Shown piece by piece: positions 21,792-30,749 of a stretch of 64,000 nucleotides of DNA (the stretch's first letter is position 1; each line of letters begins with the position of its first letter). The position numbers and the translations under genes were made by a program. The stretch is from Ostreococcus lucimarinus (Eukaryota), in assembly GCA_000092065.1 (NCBI GenBank), contig CP000596.1. One strand, written 5' to 3'. Below the pieces are notes generated by a model. That model saw only the letters and a program-made list of their open reading frames with translations, was not told where the DNA came from and did no database searches.

Positions 21792-22439
21792 ATGACGACG
21801 ACGATGCGCGCGCCCGCTCGACCGCGCGCCGCGCCGACGCCGCGTCGCGACGCCGCGCGCGCGCCGCGCCGCGCGTCGCGCGCGCGCGCGGGCGACGTGA
21901 ACAAGCGCCAGGAAGACCTCGGCGGACTCGGCGGCGACATCGGCGCCCGCGATCCCACCGCGGGCGAGCTCGAGAGCAATTTCGGGACGTCCACGCTCGG
22001 ACACGCGGACACCGATCACATCCTGCAGGTGCCGACGGCGATGGCGGAGATGATCATGCTGAAGAATAAAAAGTGCGCGCCGGGGGCGCAGGCGGAAAAG
22101 TTGGACTTTCAGGGGCAGGAGGTGCTGCGGAAGCAGGTGTGGGACTGGAAGATTCGCCCGGGACGAGGGAACTTCGAGTGCCTGCGTCGGGAGTTTCCGA
22201 CGGCGGAGGGCGAGGCGGGGAGGCTGTGCGAATTGATCGCGGGGACGGCGACGGCGGAGGGATGGGCGCCGGCGACGTGCGAGGCGACGAGCGGGAGCAA
22301 GGTGCTCGTGGAACTCGGGAGCGATGCGCTCAAGGGCGTGTGCACGAATGATTTCATTCTCGCGGCGAAGATCGATGCGAACGAGGAGGCGATGGGGATG
22401 TTGGTGAAGGAGGCACCCAAGGCGCGCAACTGGTTTTGA
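21792..22439 (+). CDS. Hypothetical small protein (Arg/Ala-rich presequence, probably organellar)
   Basis: ORF of 215 aa with a transit-peptide-like N-terminus and five Cys. Unrecognised. Confidence 0.3.
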   Translation: MTTTMRAPARPRAAPTPRRDAARAPRRASRARAGDVNKRQEDLGGLGGDIGARDPTAGELESNFGTSTLGHADTDHILQVPTAMAEMIMLKNKKCAPGAQAEKLDFQGQEVLRKQVWDWKIRPGRGNFECLRREFPTAEGEAGRLCELIAGTATAEGWAPATCEATSGSKVLVELGSDALKGVCTNDFILAAKIDANEEAMGMLVKEAPKARNWF

Positions 22440-22651
22440 GAACCCCTCGGCGAGGGGGGCGTTTTTTCGTAGCGCGCGTCGTAGCCTGCGTCGTCTCGCG
22501 TAGCGCGCGCGCGCGCGTTCGCGCGTTCGCGCGATCCATCAATCAATCTAGCGTTACGAATCGTCTTCTAACACTCAGATTAATTACACTAATTACTACA
22601 CAACTCGTACCACACGCGCATTCACGGCGACGCGCAACGCGGTTTCAAAAA

Positions 22652-24997
22652 TTACTCGTCGTCGTCGCCGTCGATTTGTGCCTCGCGAGCGATTTCGTCG
22701 TCCGATTCGAACAACGAACGGACCGCGGGAAGGAGTTTGGGGAGCGACGATAATCCGGCAAAATCGACGCTCATCAAATCGAACGCCACGGCCGTGCGCT
22801 CGGTGTAAGTCCCGTCAAAGATTGGGATTTTAGGGTATCGCTGCGAAAAATGCGTGAGAATGGTGCGATAGGCGCCGGCGTCGATGCCGGTTTGCACAGC
22901 CTCCTTGGTCGTCGAATGCCGCTTCTTCACGGCTTCTTCCTCCATACCGTTCTCGAACGTCGCTTCGTGGACGAGGAGCGTGGCGTCGCGCGCGGCCGCG
23001 ACGAGACTCGGACACGGGCGAGTGTCACCAGAATACACCATCGTCCATCCTCGCTTGCCGACGAGCTTGGCGCCGTACGCGTGCGCGCAGTGATGCACGG
23101 GTACGGCGACAATTTCGTCCAAATCTGATCCCATGAGCGCGGTGCGCAGTCGCGCCACCTGTGGGCTCATCGTCTCGCTCGACCATTTATCCTGCGTCGT
23201 CTCGCTCAAGTCGATGAAATCACAGTGTAAGCGTTCGAGATCCTCGTAGTAGTCCAAGAAGCGGCGCAGCGCGCGAGGACCGACGACGGGAATGATTGGC
23301 GGCTCCACGCCGTCTCGACGAAAGATCTCGGCGCGAGCGGTGAGAATGCGCGGTAAACCGACGTGATGGTCGGCGTGAATGTGCGAGATCCACACCATTC
23401 TCATCTCTCGCAACTTTTCATCCACCGCGCTCGCGCCGAAGCGACGAATCATTTGCGCCAGCGATCCTTCGCCGGTGTCGAGCATGATGTTCCCTCGGTA
23501 CCCTTCGCCGCCGAACTGCATGGAAAATCCCGAGACGTTGCGATACTTTGCCGGCACCGCAGATCCAGTGCCTAAGAATACGAGCTCGACGTCACCAGGT
23601 TTGAGCTTTCGCAAATATTCAGGCTCTGGAAGTTCCGCGCCCGGACGCGCCTCGGCGGACGGCGACGGCGGCGGGGTCGGTTTCATCGCCTCGTTCGCCA
23701 AGTCTATCGTCCTTTGCTCGATATCTCTACGATGTACGAAGCCAGGCACGTATCTGGGCACCGCGCTCATGTCCGCTCCGGCGTTCTTCGTCGGAATCAG
23801 CGTAAACTTGAACATATTTTTCCCCGCCAAAGCGTTCGGGACGTCTGCGGGCACCCCGTCGCGCCGCTTGTCATCTTTTGAAGGCGACGGCGGGGGCGAT
23901 CTCGGCACATTATTCTCTGGAAACACGGTCGCACTGACTGCGTGCAGCCTGGCTTGAATTCTCGCCGACGACGCGAACACGGGAACGTCGTCCATGGCGT
24001 CGGAGTTGGCGAAGACGTGCGCCGCGTCTTTCGGCGCGCCGCCGAAGACGGATTTCACGAGCGCGGCGTACTCCTTCGTGGACACAATCGCCGCGCTGGC
24101 CAAGTGCACGACGACGCTCAAGTCTGATAGTTCGCCGAAGAGCTCGCCGCCGCGAGTCGTCGCCTCGCGCACGTGCGCCGTCGTGGGCGCGTCGAACACG
24201 ACGACGCGCGGTCCCGGTTGCTCCGGTCCGACGCACATCTCCGGCGACACCACCGAACCGTCGTCCAGCGTGATCGACTCCCCCCGCACCAACCGCCCGC
24301 GCTGCGGCCCGTTCGGCACGCCTAATTCCACCGCCGCCCGCATGTCAAATTTTCCCGGTATCGCCGCCAACTTGACGTCGTAACTCGCCACCTCATCGCT
24401 CGCGTCCTCGTCCGCTCTCGCGCGCTTCGCCGCGCGTCCCACCGCCGAATCCGTCCCGTCGTCCCTCGTCTCCCCCCCGAGCACGACGGCCGATATCGCC
24501 ACCTTGCCGTCGTCCGCGACGACGCTCCGCGCGCGCCTCGCCGCGCCTCGCGTCGTCAGTTCCACCGCGCGTCCGCTCCCGAACAGCGTCCGCACCGCCC
24601 GCGTCAGCGCGCGCAACCGCCCGTCCGGTCCGCACACCTCGACGCGCCTTCGCTCGACGCCCGCGTCGAGCCCCCGCCGCGTCTCCGCCTCGTCGCTCAT
24701 CGTGAGCAGCGTCCCGACCAACCCGCCCGCCGCGCGCGAGTCCGCGCGCGTCAGCAGCACCCGCTCGCATCGTTTCAGCGCCTTGACGCGTCGCTCGACG
24801 CACAATCGCTGAAATCCCTCGCCGACGTTGAAGACGACGCGCGCGTCATCCGTGCACAGCAGCACCGACGCGCACGTCGCGTCGCGCGCGTCCGCGCCGG
24901 GGTGCAGCACCTGGACGTACGCGCCGCCGACGCGTCGCGCGCGCGACGGACCCGACATGCGCCGCGCGAGCGTCTCGACGACGCGCCGCGTCGACAT
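22652..24997 (-). CDS. tRNase Z, long form (ELAC2-like metallo-β-lactamase, tRNA 3' endonuclease)
   Basis: The HxHxDH motif is present (WISHIHADHHVG). The C-terminal half reads HCAHAYG...YSGDTRPC...LLVHEATF. There is an N-terminal pseudo-MBL half. 781 aa. Confidence 0.75.
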   Translation of the reverse strand: MSTRRVVETLARRMSGPSRARRVGGAYVQVLHPGADARDATCASVLLCTDDARVVFNVGEGFQRLCVERRVKALKRCERVLLTRADSRAAGGLVGTLLTMSDEAETRRGLDAGVERRRVEVCGPDGRLRALTRAVRTLFGSGRAVELTTRGAARRARSVVADDGKVAISAVVLGGETRDDGTDSAVGRAAKRARADEDASDEVASYDVKLAAIPGKFDMRAAVELGVPNGPQRGRLVRGESITLDDGSVVSPEMCVGPEQPGPRVVVFDAPTTAHVREATTRGGELFGELSDLSVVVHLASAAIVSTKEYAALVKSVFGGAPKDAAHVFANSDAMDDVPVFASSARIQARLHAVSATVFPENNVPRSPPPSPSKDDKRRDGVPADVPNALAGKNMFKFTLIPTKNAGADMSAVPRYVPGFVHRRDIEQRTIDLANEAMKPTPPPSPSAEARPGAELPEPEYLRKLKPGDVELVFLGTGSAVPAKYRNVSGFSMQFGGEGYRGNIMLDTGEGSLAQMIRRFGASAVDEKLREMRMVWISHIHADHHVGLPRILTARAEIFRRDGVEPPIIPVVGPRALRRFLDYYEDLERLHCDFIDLSETTQDKWSSETMSPQVARLRTALMGSDLDEIVAVPVHHCAHAYGAKLVGKRGWTMVYSGDTRPCPSLVAAARDATLLVHEATFENGMEEEAVKKRHSTTKEAVQTGIDAGAYRTILTHFSQRYPKIPIFDGTYTERTAVAFDLMSVDFAGLSSLPKLLPAVRSLFESDDEIAREAQIDGDDDE

Positions 24998-25039
24998 GTG
25001 ACGAAGACGCGCGCGTCGCGACGCATCGCGACGCGCGCG

Positions 25040-26044
25040 ATGCGGCGCGCGCTCAGCGCGCGACGCACGAAGGCGCGCGCGGTGACGCCGCGCTGCGACG
25101 CGTCGCGCGTCGCGCGACTCGCGACGGGACGCGTCGTGTCGCGCGTCGGATTCGGCACCGCGGCGTGGGGCGACGAGACGCGCGGGTTCGGGACGCGCTA
25201 CCGCGAGCGCGACCTCGCGGCGGCGCTATCGCGCGCGCTCGAGCGAGGCGTCACGTTCGTCGACACCGCGGAGACGTACGGGGCAAGCGCGCGGGCGTTC
25301 GAACAGGGCGCGGAGGAGATGGTGAGACGCGCGAGGACGACGGCGAGGCGAGACGACGCGCGAGACGACGCGTTCGTCGGAACGAAAGTGTTGACGGTGC
25401 CGTGGACGAACGTGAGCGCGGGAGGGGACGTGCGATCGACGACGAAGAGCTTGGTGGACGCGATCGAGGCGTCGGTGGGGAGGAACGGGGGGGAGGCGTA
25501 CGATTTGGTGTCGATTCATTTTCCGTTTCCGACGTGGACGCAGAGCGCGCTGTGCGACGCGCTCGCGGAGGCGACGGAGCGAGGGCTGTGTCGGGCGGTG
25601 GGGGTGAGTAATTACGACGTAAGGCAGATGACGGAGGCGCATGGGTTGTTGGCGAAGCGTGGGATCGCGTTGGCGACGAATCAGGTGAAATATTCCGTGC
25701 TCGATCGAGGCGCCGAAAAGAGCGGGGTGCTCGCCGCGGCGCGGGATTTAGACGTCGCCGTCGTGGCGTATTCGCCCTTGAGCGGTGGGGCGCTGCGGAC
25801 GAGCGCGGACCCGGAGATTCGCACGTTGGACAAGTTGCTCGAGTTCATCGGCGCCGTCAACGGTGGTTGGACGTCGGCGCAGGTGGCGTTGAACTATCTC
25901 GTCCGCAAGGGCGCGATTCCGATTCCGAGTTGTACGAGCGTCGCGCGCGCCGACGCCATCGCGGACGTCCTCGAATTCGAGCTCGGCGTCGAAGACATCG
26001 AGACTATCGATGAAAAAATGGATTACATCGAACGCAAGTCGTGA
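25040..26044 (+). CDS. Aldo-keto reductase family oxidoreductase
   Basis: GFGTAAWG...DTAETYG, SIHFP and VGVSNY motifs are present. ORF 24902..26044 overlaps the tRNase Z 5' end, so the start is placed at the internal Met at 25040. Confidence 0.7.
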   Translation: MRRALSARRTKARAVTPRCDASRVARLATGRVVSRVGFGTAAWGDETRGFGTRYRERDLAAALSRALERGVTFVDTAETYGASARAFEQGAEEMVRRARTTARRDDARDDAFVGTKVLTVPWTNVSAGGDVRSTTKSLVDAIEASVGRNGGEAYDLVSIHFPFPTWTQSALCDALAEATERGLCRAVGVSNYDVRQMTEAHGLLAKRGIALATNQVKYSVLDRGAEKSGVLAAARDLDVAVVAYSPLSGGALRTSADPEIRTLDKLLEFIGAVNGGWTSAQVALNYLVRKGAIPIPSCTSVARADAIADVLEFELGVEDIETIDEKMDYIERKS

Positions 26045-26143
26045 CGGTGAATATTTTGCGCTCGTTCGTTTTTTAGCTTTTTAAATCGCGTTGTTTTTGT
26101 ACATGAAATTTCGTCTCAATCGAATTCGTCGACGACGCCTTCG

Positions 26144-27622
26144 TCACGCGCAGTGCATTCGCGACACCGCGGCGGATAACCCCGTGCTCGATTTCTCTAG
26201 GTCGCCCAACGGACTGCGTCGCTCGATGAGTTCGTCGAAACTCATCTCCACGGTTTCGCCGTCGAACGCGCGCGGCGAATTTCCTTCCGAGCCTTGGAGG
26301 TAATCGAGCAGCTTTGCGCCGCCGGTTTGCGCGTGAATCGCTTCGCGGCCGCCTTCGTCGAGCGCGAGCACACTCAGCACACTGAGCGCGTCGTCGCGCG
26401 ACGTGGCGCACCCTTCGCGCGCGAGCGCCATCAGTCGCGCGGTGACTCGATTCGTCATGTGCTCGCGGTTGCTCGGTTGCCACGCGAGCGCCCACAGCGC
26501 GAGCGCCGCGTCCGCCGCGGCGGGCTCGAGACTGTGCCGAAGCTCCAGGAGCGAGCTCAAAAGATCAATCATATCGTGAAAAAAATTCAGCCCACCGAGC
26601 GAGGACGCGGTGCCGTTCGCGTTCGCGAGCTTTTCCGCCATCGTCAACTCTTCGCGATCGCGGCGCGCCGAGGCCGAGTCCGAGTCCGAGTACCACCCGT
26701 CGTTCTGCGTCGTTCCGTTCATCGCCGACGCGCCGGCGTCGACGCCCGCGACGCTTCGCAGCGCGGCGAGCGACGCGTTGCGCTGTCGCTCCCCGCCCAG
26801 CGCGGCGGTGACGAGCGGTAACACCGCGCCGCATCGCGCCACCGCCCTTCGGCCCGTCGCGCCCGAGCTCGCGATTCTTCCGAGCGCCGCGCTCGCCTCC
26901 CCGTGCGCCACCGTCGCCTCGCTCATCAGCACCTCCACCACGCTTCGCACCGCGGACTCCGTCGTCAAATCTAGCGCGCTCGGATCGCTCGAGATCGGAA
27001 ACAGCGCCCTCGAATCGTACGCATCGCTTCGTCCGCTCAACCGCCGCAGCGCGTCCGCCGCGAATCGCGCCGTCTCGCTCGCCTCTCCCGTCTCCTCGCT
27101 CGCCGCTCGCGCGCACGCCTCGCTCAAATTTCCCAACACTCCGGACCTTATCATCATCTGGCACACGTCCGACGAGCTCGCCATCGCGCCCAGCGCTCTC
27201 GCCGCGTCCGCGCTCGTCCGTCCCGCGCCGTCTTCGTCCCGCAGCCTTTGCGCCAGCGCCGGGACGGCGCCCGCGCGCGCCGCGCGCCGCAGCGCGTCGT
27301 CGTTCGCCTTCAGCAGCGACAGCGCTCGAAGCGCGCCGACCTTGTCTTGCAACCCGACGTTTCGGACGACGACGGAGATGAGCGCGACGAGCATGGCGCC
27401 GCGCGGCGTCTTCGTGAACGGCGCGGCGGGACCTTCGGCGTCGACGCACAGGTTTCGGAGTTGGCGCACGGCGTCGGCGCCGTCCGGCGTCGACGCGCGC
27501 GCGCGCTGGACGAGGGCGTCGAGCGCGCGCGCGTCGTCCGTCATGTCGAGTCGACCCCGTCGACGCGCCGCGGTGACGTCGCGGGCGTCGAGGAGTGACG
27601 CGTCCACGCGAGTGGCGAGCAA
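26144..27622 (-). CDS. Armadillo/HEAT-repeat protein, function unknown
   Basis: ORF of 492 aa with α-helical repeats resembling ARM repeats. No specific family. Confidence 0.4.
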   Translation of the reverse strand: MLATRVDASLLDARDVTAARRRGRLDMTDDARALDALVQRARASTPDGADAVRQLRNLCVDAEGPAAPFTKTPRGAMLVALISVVVRNVGLQDKVGALRALSLLKANDDALRRAARAGAVPALAQRLRDEDGAGRTSADAARALGAMASSSDVCQMMIRSGVLGNLSEACARAASEETGEASETARFAADALRRLSGRSDAYDSRALFPISSDPSALDLTTESAVRSVVEVLMSEATVAHGEASAALGRIASSGATGRRAVARCGAVLPLVTAALGGERQRNASLAALRSVAGVDAGASAMNGTTQNDGWYSDSDSASARRDREELTMAEKLANANGTASSLGGLNFFHDMIDLLSSLLELRHSLEPAAADAALALWALAWQPSNREHMTNRVTARLMALAREGCATSRDDALSVLSVLALDEGGREAIHAQTGGAKLLDYLQGSEGNSPRAFDGETVEMSFDELIERRSPLGDLEKSSTGLSAAVSRMHCA

Positions 27623-27737
27623 GGGCGACTCGGCGACTCATATTTTACAAAAGAATTGCGCTACGCTCGCGACGAGCGATGCGGGCGTCGTCGCGGTGCG
27701 TCGTCCAGATCGACCGCGCGCGGTTGACCTTCGTTAT

Positions 27738-28710
27738 TTACGTCTCGTCCGCGGTCAAGTTGGCGTTCTTGTAGTTGACGGCGTATTCGCGAATGTTGCC
27801 GACGATGAAAAACGCGCCGCAGATGCGCACGGTGCGCGCGAAACCACCCTTGTATAACGCGCGAATACCGCCCGTTTTGTACGTTTCAGACAGAGCGTGC
27901 GTGGCGGAGGTGAATTTGGAGCCGCTCAAATCGCTCTGCATGAGCGTCTTCGACGTGTCGATCGGGTGCGTGAGGCCCGCGGCGAAGGTGCCCGCGAGCG
28001 ACGCGCCCAGGACGCTCGAGGCGAAATCGCCCAAATTCGGTTGCGCTTCCTTGATCTTGTTCGTCAGCACCGGTCCGAGACCGAGGTATCCCGCGGTGTA
28101 GATGCTCTCGCGCGCCGCGCACGACACCGTCCCTCGCCACATCTTCGCGAGACCTCCTTGTTTCACGACGGCGGCCACCGTCCCCCCCGGACCGAGGCCC
28201 ATCTTTTGCTGTTGAATCACCGTCAAATCCACCGGCGAGTACAGCGCGCTCGACACCGCCCCCGCCGCCATGGCGCATCCAATTTGCTCCGCGTCGCTCA
28301 TTCCTCGCTCACCGTTCGTGATGACGCGCTCGATCGCCCCATTCACCGCCACCTGCGCCGCGGTGATGGGCGCCAGCGACGCCGCGTTCGCGAAGACGCC
28401 GCGGTACCATCCCGCGATCGACCGCGGCAGCGCTCTCGAGTCCTGCACGCAGATCTTAAACGTGATCAGCGGCACTGCGCGCGATTCGATCGCGGTCCCG
28501 TCAGTCTCCGCGCCGTCGTCGTCATCCGTCACATCGCGCGACCGCCGTTATCCATTACATTAATCACATCGCGTCACTCGACCATCATCGCGCGTCTCGC
28601 GCCGTCGCCTCGCCTCGATCGTCGCACGCACTCTGCACGCACGTCTCCACGATCCCCCCGAACGCGCCCACGGCGAGATTCTCCGCGTCCGACAGCGGGA
28701 CGCGCGCCAT
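27738..28710 (-). CDS. Mitochondrial carrier family (SLC25) protein, complement(join(27738..28474,28632..28710))
   Basis: Three carrier signatures: PLITFKICVQ, SPVDLTVIQQQ and HPIDTSKTLMQ. Exon 1 MARVPLSDAENLAVGAFGGIVETCVQ ends at donor A|GTGCGTG. The intron spans 28475..28631. The acceptor GCGCGCAG|TG completes an ATG codon. The ORF track's 'start' at 28532 is a GTG inside exon 2. Confidence 0.6.
28475..28631 (-). other. Predicted intron (157 nt) of the mitochondrial carrier gene
   Basis: Donor GTGCGTG and acceptor CGCGCAG. The splice restores the G-x-x-G...P-x-[DE]-x-x-K-x-x-Q spacing of carrier repeat 1. Confidence 0.55.
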
Positions 28711-28846
28711 GACGACCGCGCGACGCGTTTTCGCGCGTCTCCCCGTCGCGCGCAAGGCCCCTTGCCGCGACGCGATGGTCGATCGCGATGTTCGATCGAT
28801 CGAGCGCGACGTCGACGCGAACCTCGATCGAGGTTCGCGTCGCGGC

Positions 28847-28900
28847 CGTCGATCGACGCGGTGAGGTTCGCGCGATCGACGGCGTGGGCGTCGATCGACG
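28847..28900. promoter_or_regulatory. Cluster of TCGATCGA-core palindromes, including two copies of the 12-bp palindrome CGTCGATCGACG (28847-28858, 28889-28900), in the carrier/helicase divergent promoter
   Basis: Read directly from the sequence. At least five TCGATCG cores lie within ~130 bp, between divergently transcribed genes. Confidence 0.3.
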
Positions 28901-28968
28901 CCGGCGTCGACCGACGGCGGCGGCGGCGCGCGCGCGGCGACAGTGCGCGCGCGCGAATCCCGATCGCG

Positions 28969-30603
28969 ATGTCGACGACGACGACGACGACGCGCGCGAG
29001 GGAGGGAAAGGCGCGGAAGCGCGACGCGGCGCGGGAGACGGAGACGGACGAGGCGCGCGCGCGACGTCGCGCGGCGAAGAAGGCGAAGAAGGCGAAGAGG
29101 GCGACGTCGGCGGCGACCGACGCGAGGGCGACGGCGGGGTCGGAGAGCGCGTCGATCGAGGCGCCGAAGACGCCGACGCTGAAACGAATCGCGTCCAAGG
29201 AAGACTTTCGAAGGGAACACGCGATCGAGATTCGGAACGCGTGCGAGAGGACGCGGGATTTGGAACCGTTTACGACGTTCGACGAGGCGGCGTTTCCGAA
29301 ACCGCTGCGAGCGGCGCTGAAAGCGCAGGGATACGACGCGCCGACGCCGATTCAGGCGGAAGCGTGGCCGATATTGCTGAAGGGGAAGGATGTGGTGGCG
29401 ATCGCGAAGACGGGGTCGGGGAAGACGTGTGGGTTTTTGTTGCCGGCGCTGGCGAGCATCGTGGCGAGAGGATCGCAAAAGGCGCCGGAGATGCAGTTGC
29501 TCGATGGACGATGGCGTCCGGGGGCGGTGACGCCGACGGTCATCGTGTTAGCGCCAACGCGGGAGTTGGCGATTCAAATCCACGACGAGTGCGCGAAGTT
29601 TTGCCCCGCCGCGGGGTGCCGCTCGGCGGTGCTCTACGGCGGCGCCGCCAAGGGCGATCAGTTGCGCGCGTTGCGTTCGGGCGCCGACGTCGTCGTCGCC
29701 ACGCCCGGGCGATTGAACGATTTTCTTGAACCACCCCCGGGATTCACCGCGCCCGTGAGCGCGGTGAAGGCGTCGTACGTCGTCCTCGACGAGGCGGATC
29801 GAATGTTGGACATGGGATTTGAGCCGCAGATTAAAAAGATTTTCAAGCTCTGCCCGTCGGCGCGTCAGACGGTGATGTTCACCGCGACGTGGCCGAAAGC
29901 GGTGCAAAAGATTGCAGACTCTTTCACGACGAAGCCGATTCACATTCAAATCGGTAGCGGCGGCGATAAACTCACGGCGAATAAGTCGATTACGCAAACC
30001 GTCGAAGTACTCGAGGAGGAGGAAAAGTTTGACCGTTGCGTCGCCATCCTGAAGAAGGAGCTCGGTAAGGACGACACGTGCATTATGTTTGCCGGCACAA
30101 AGCGTCGATGCGATTTTTTGGACCGCAGATTGAAGCAGTCTGGGTTTTCCTCCGCCGGCGCTATTCACGGCGACAAGGACCAATACGAGCGCGAGATGGT
30201 CCTCGACAACTTTCGTCGCGGTCGTGGCAATATTCTCGTCGCCACTGACGTCGCTGCGCGTGGTTTAGACATTCCTGGCGTCGCAGCGGTTCTCGTGTAC
30301 GATTTTCCGCTCCAAGTGGAGGATTACGTGCACAGAATCGGTCGCACCGGACGCGCCGGGAAGGAGGGCAAGGCGTTCACCTTCTTCACTAAAGATAACC
30401 GTGGCGCCGCAAACGAGCTCATCGATATCCTCCAAGGAGCCGGACAAACCGTACCTTTGGCGCTCCAAGCGATGCAGCGCAAGGGCGGCGGCGGCGGAGG
30501 CGGCCGCGGTTGGTCGGGCGGCCGAGGCCGAGGCGGCGGCCGAGGCCGAGGCGGCGGTCGAGGAGGCGGCGGCAGATTCTCGCGCGGCAACAAAAAGTGG
30601 TGA
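28969..30603 (+). CDS. DEAD-box ATP-dependent RNA helicase (DDX5/DDX17/Dbp2 family) with a C-terminal RGG tail
   Basis: Q-motif, PTPIQ, AKTGSGKT, DEAD (VLDEADRMLDMGF), SAT (FTATWP) and HRIGRTGRAG motifs are present. There is a C-terminal (GGRG)n tail. The start is set at the Met at 28969 (MSTTTTTRAREGK...), because the upstream part of the ORF overlaps the carrier promoter. Confidence 0.85.
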   Translation: MSTTTTTTRAREGKARKRDAARETETDEARARRRAAKKAKKAKRATSAATDARATAGSESASIEAPKTPTLKRIASKEDFRREHAIEIRNACERTRDLEPFTTFDEAAFPKPLRAALKAQGYDAPTPIQAEAWPILLKGKDVVAIAKTGSGKTCGFLLPALASIVARGSQKAPEMQLLDGRWRPGAVTPTVIVLAPTRELAIQIHDECAKFCPAAGCRSAVLYGGAAKGDQLRALRSGADVVVATPGRLNDFLEPPPGFTAPVSAVKASYVVLDEADRMLDMGFEPQIKKIFKLCPSARQTVMFTATWPKAVQKIADSFTTKPIHIQIGSGGDKLTANKSITQTVEVLEEEEKFDRCVAILKKELGKDDTCIMFAGTKRRCDFLDRRLKQSGFSSAGAIHGDKDQYEREMVLDNFRRGRGNILVATDVAARGLDIPGVAAVLVYDFPLQVEDYVHRIGRTGRAGKEGKAFTFFTKDNRGAANELIDILQGAGQTVPLALQAMQRKGGGGGGGRGWSGGRGRGGGRGRGGGRGGGGRFSRGNKKW

Positions 30604-30749
30604 TCGTCTTCGCGTCCCATTCATTCCGCATTATTATATTCGTGTATTGAAATCGTAGTGTATTCGTTCCGCTCGAGAAACGGCGTCGCTCTTCGGCCGC
30701 TTCGACCTCGCCCCGGCGCCGTCCCCACAATCGGACGCGTCGGTCCGTC

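Noticed and set aside
22073-22546. Overlapping small ORFs (92, 145, 62 aa) at the 3' end of the 21792-22439 gene
   Set aside because: They are alternative-frame readings of the same GC-rich segment, with no start or stop logic and no homology.
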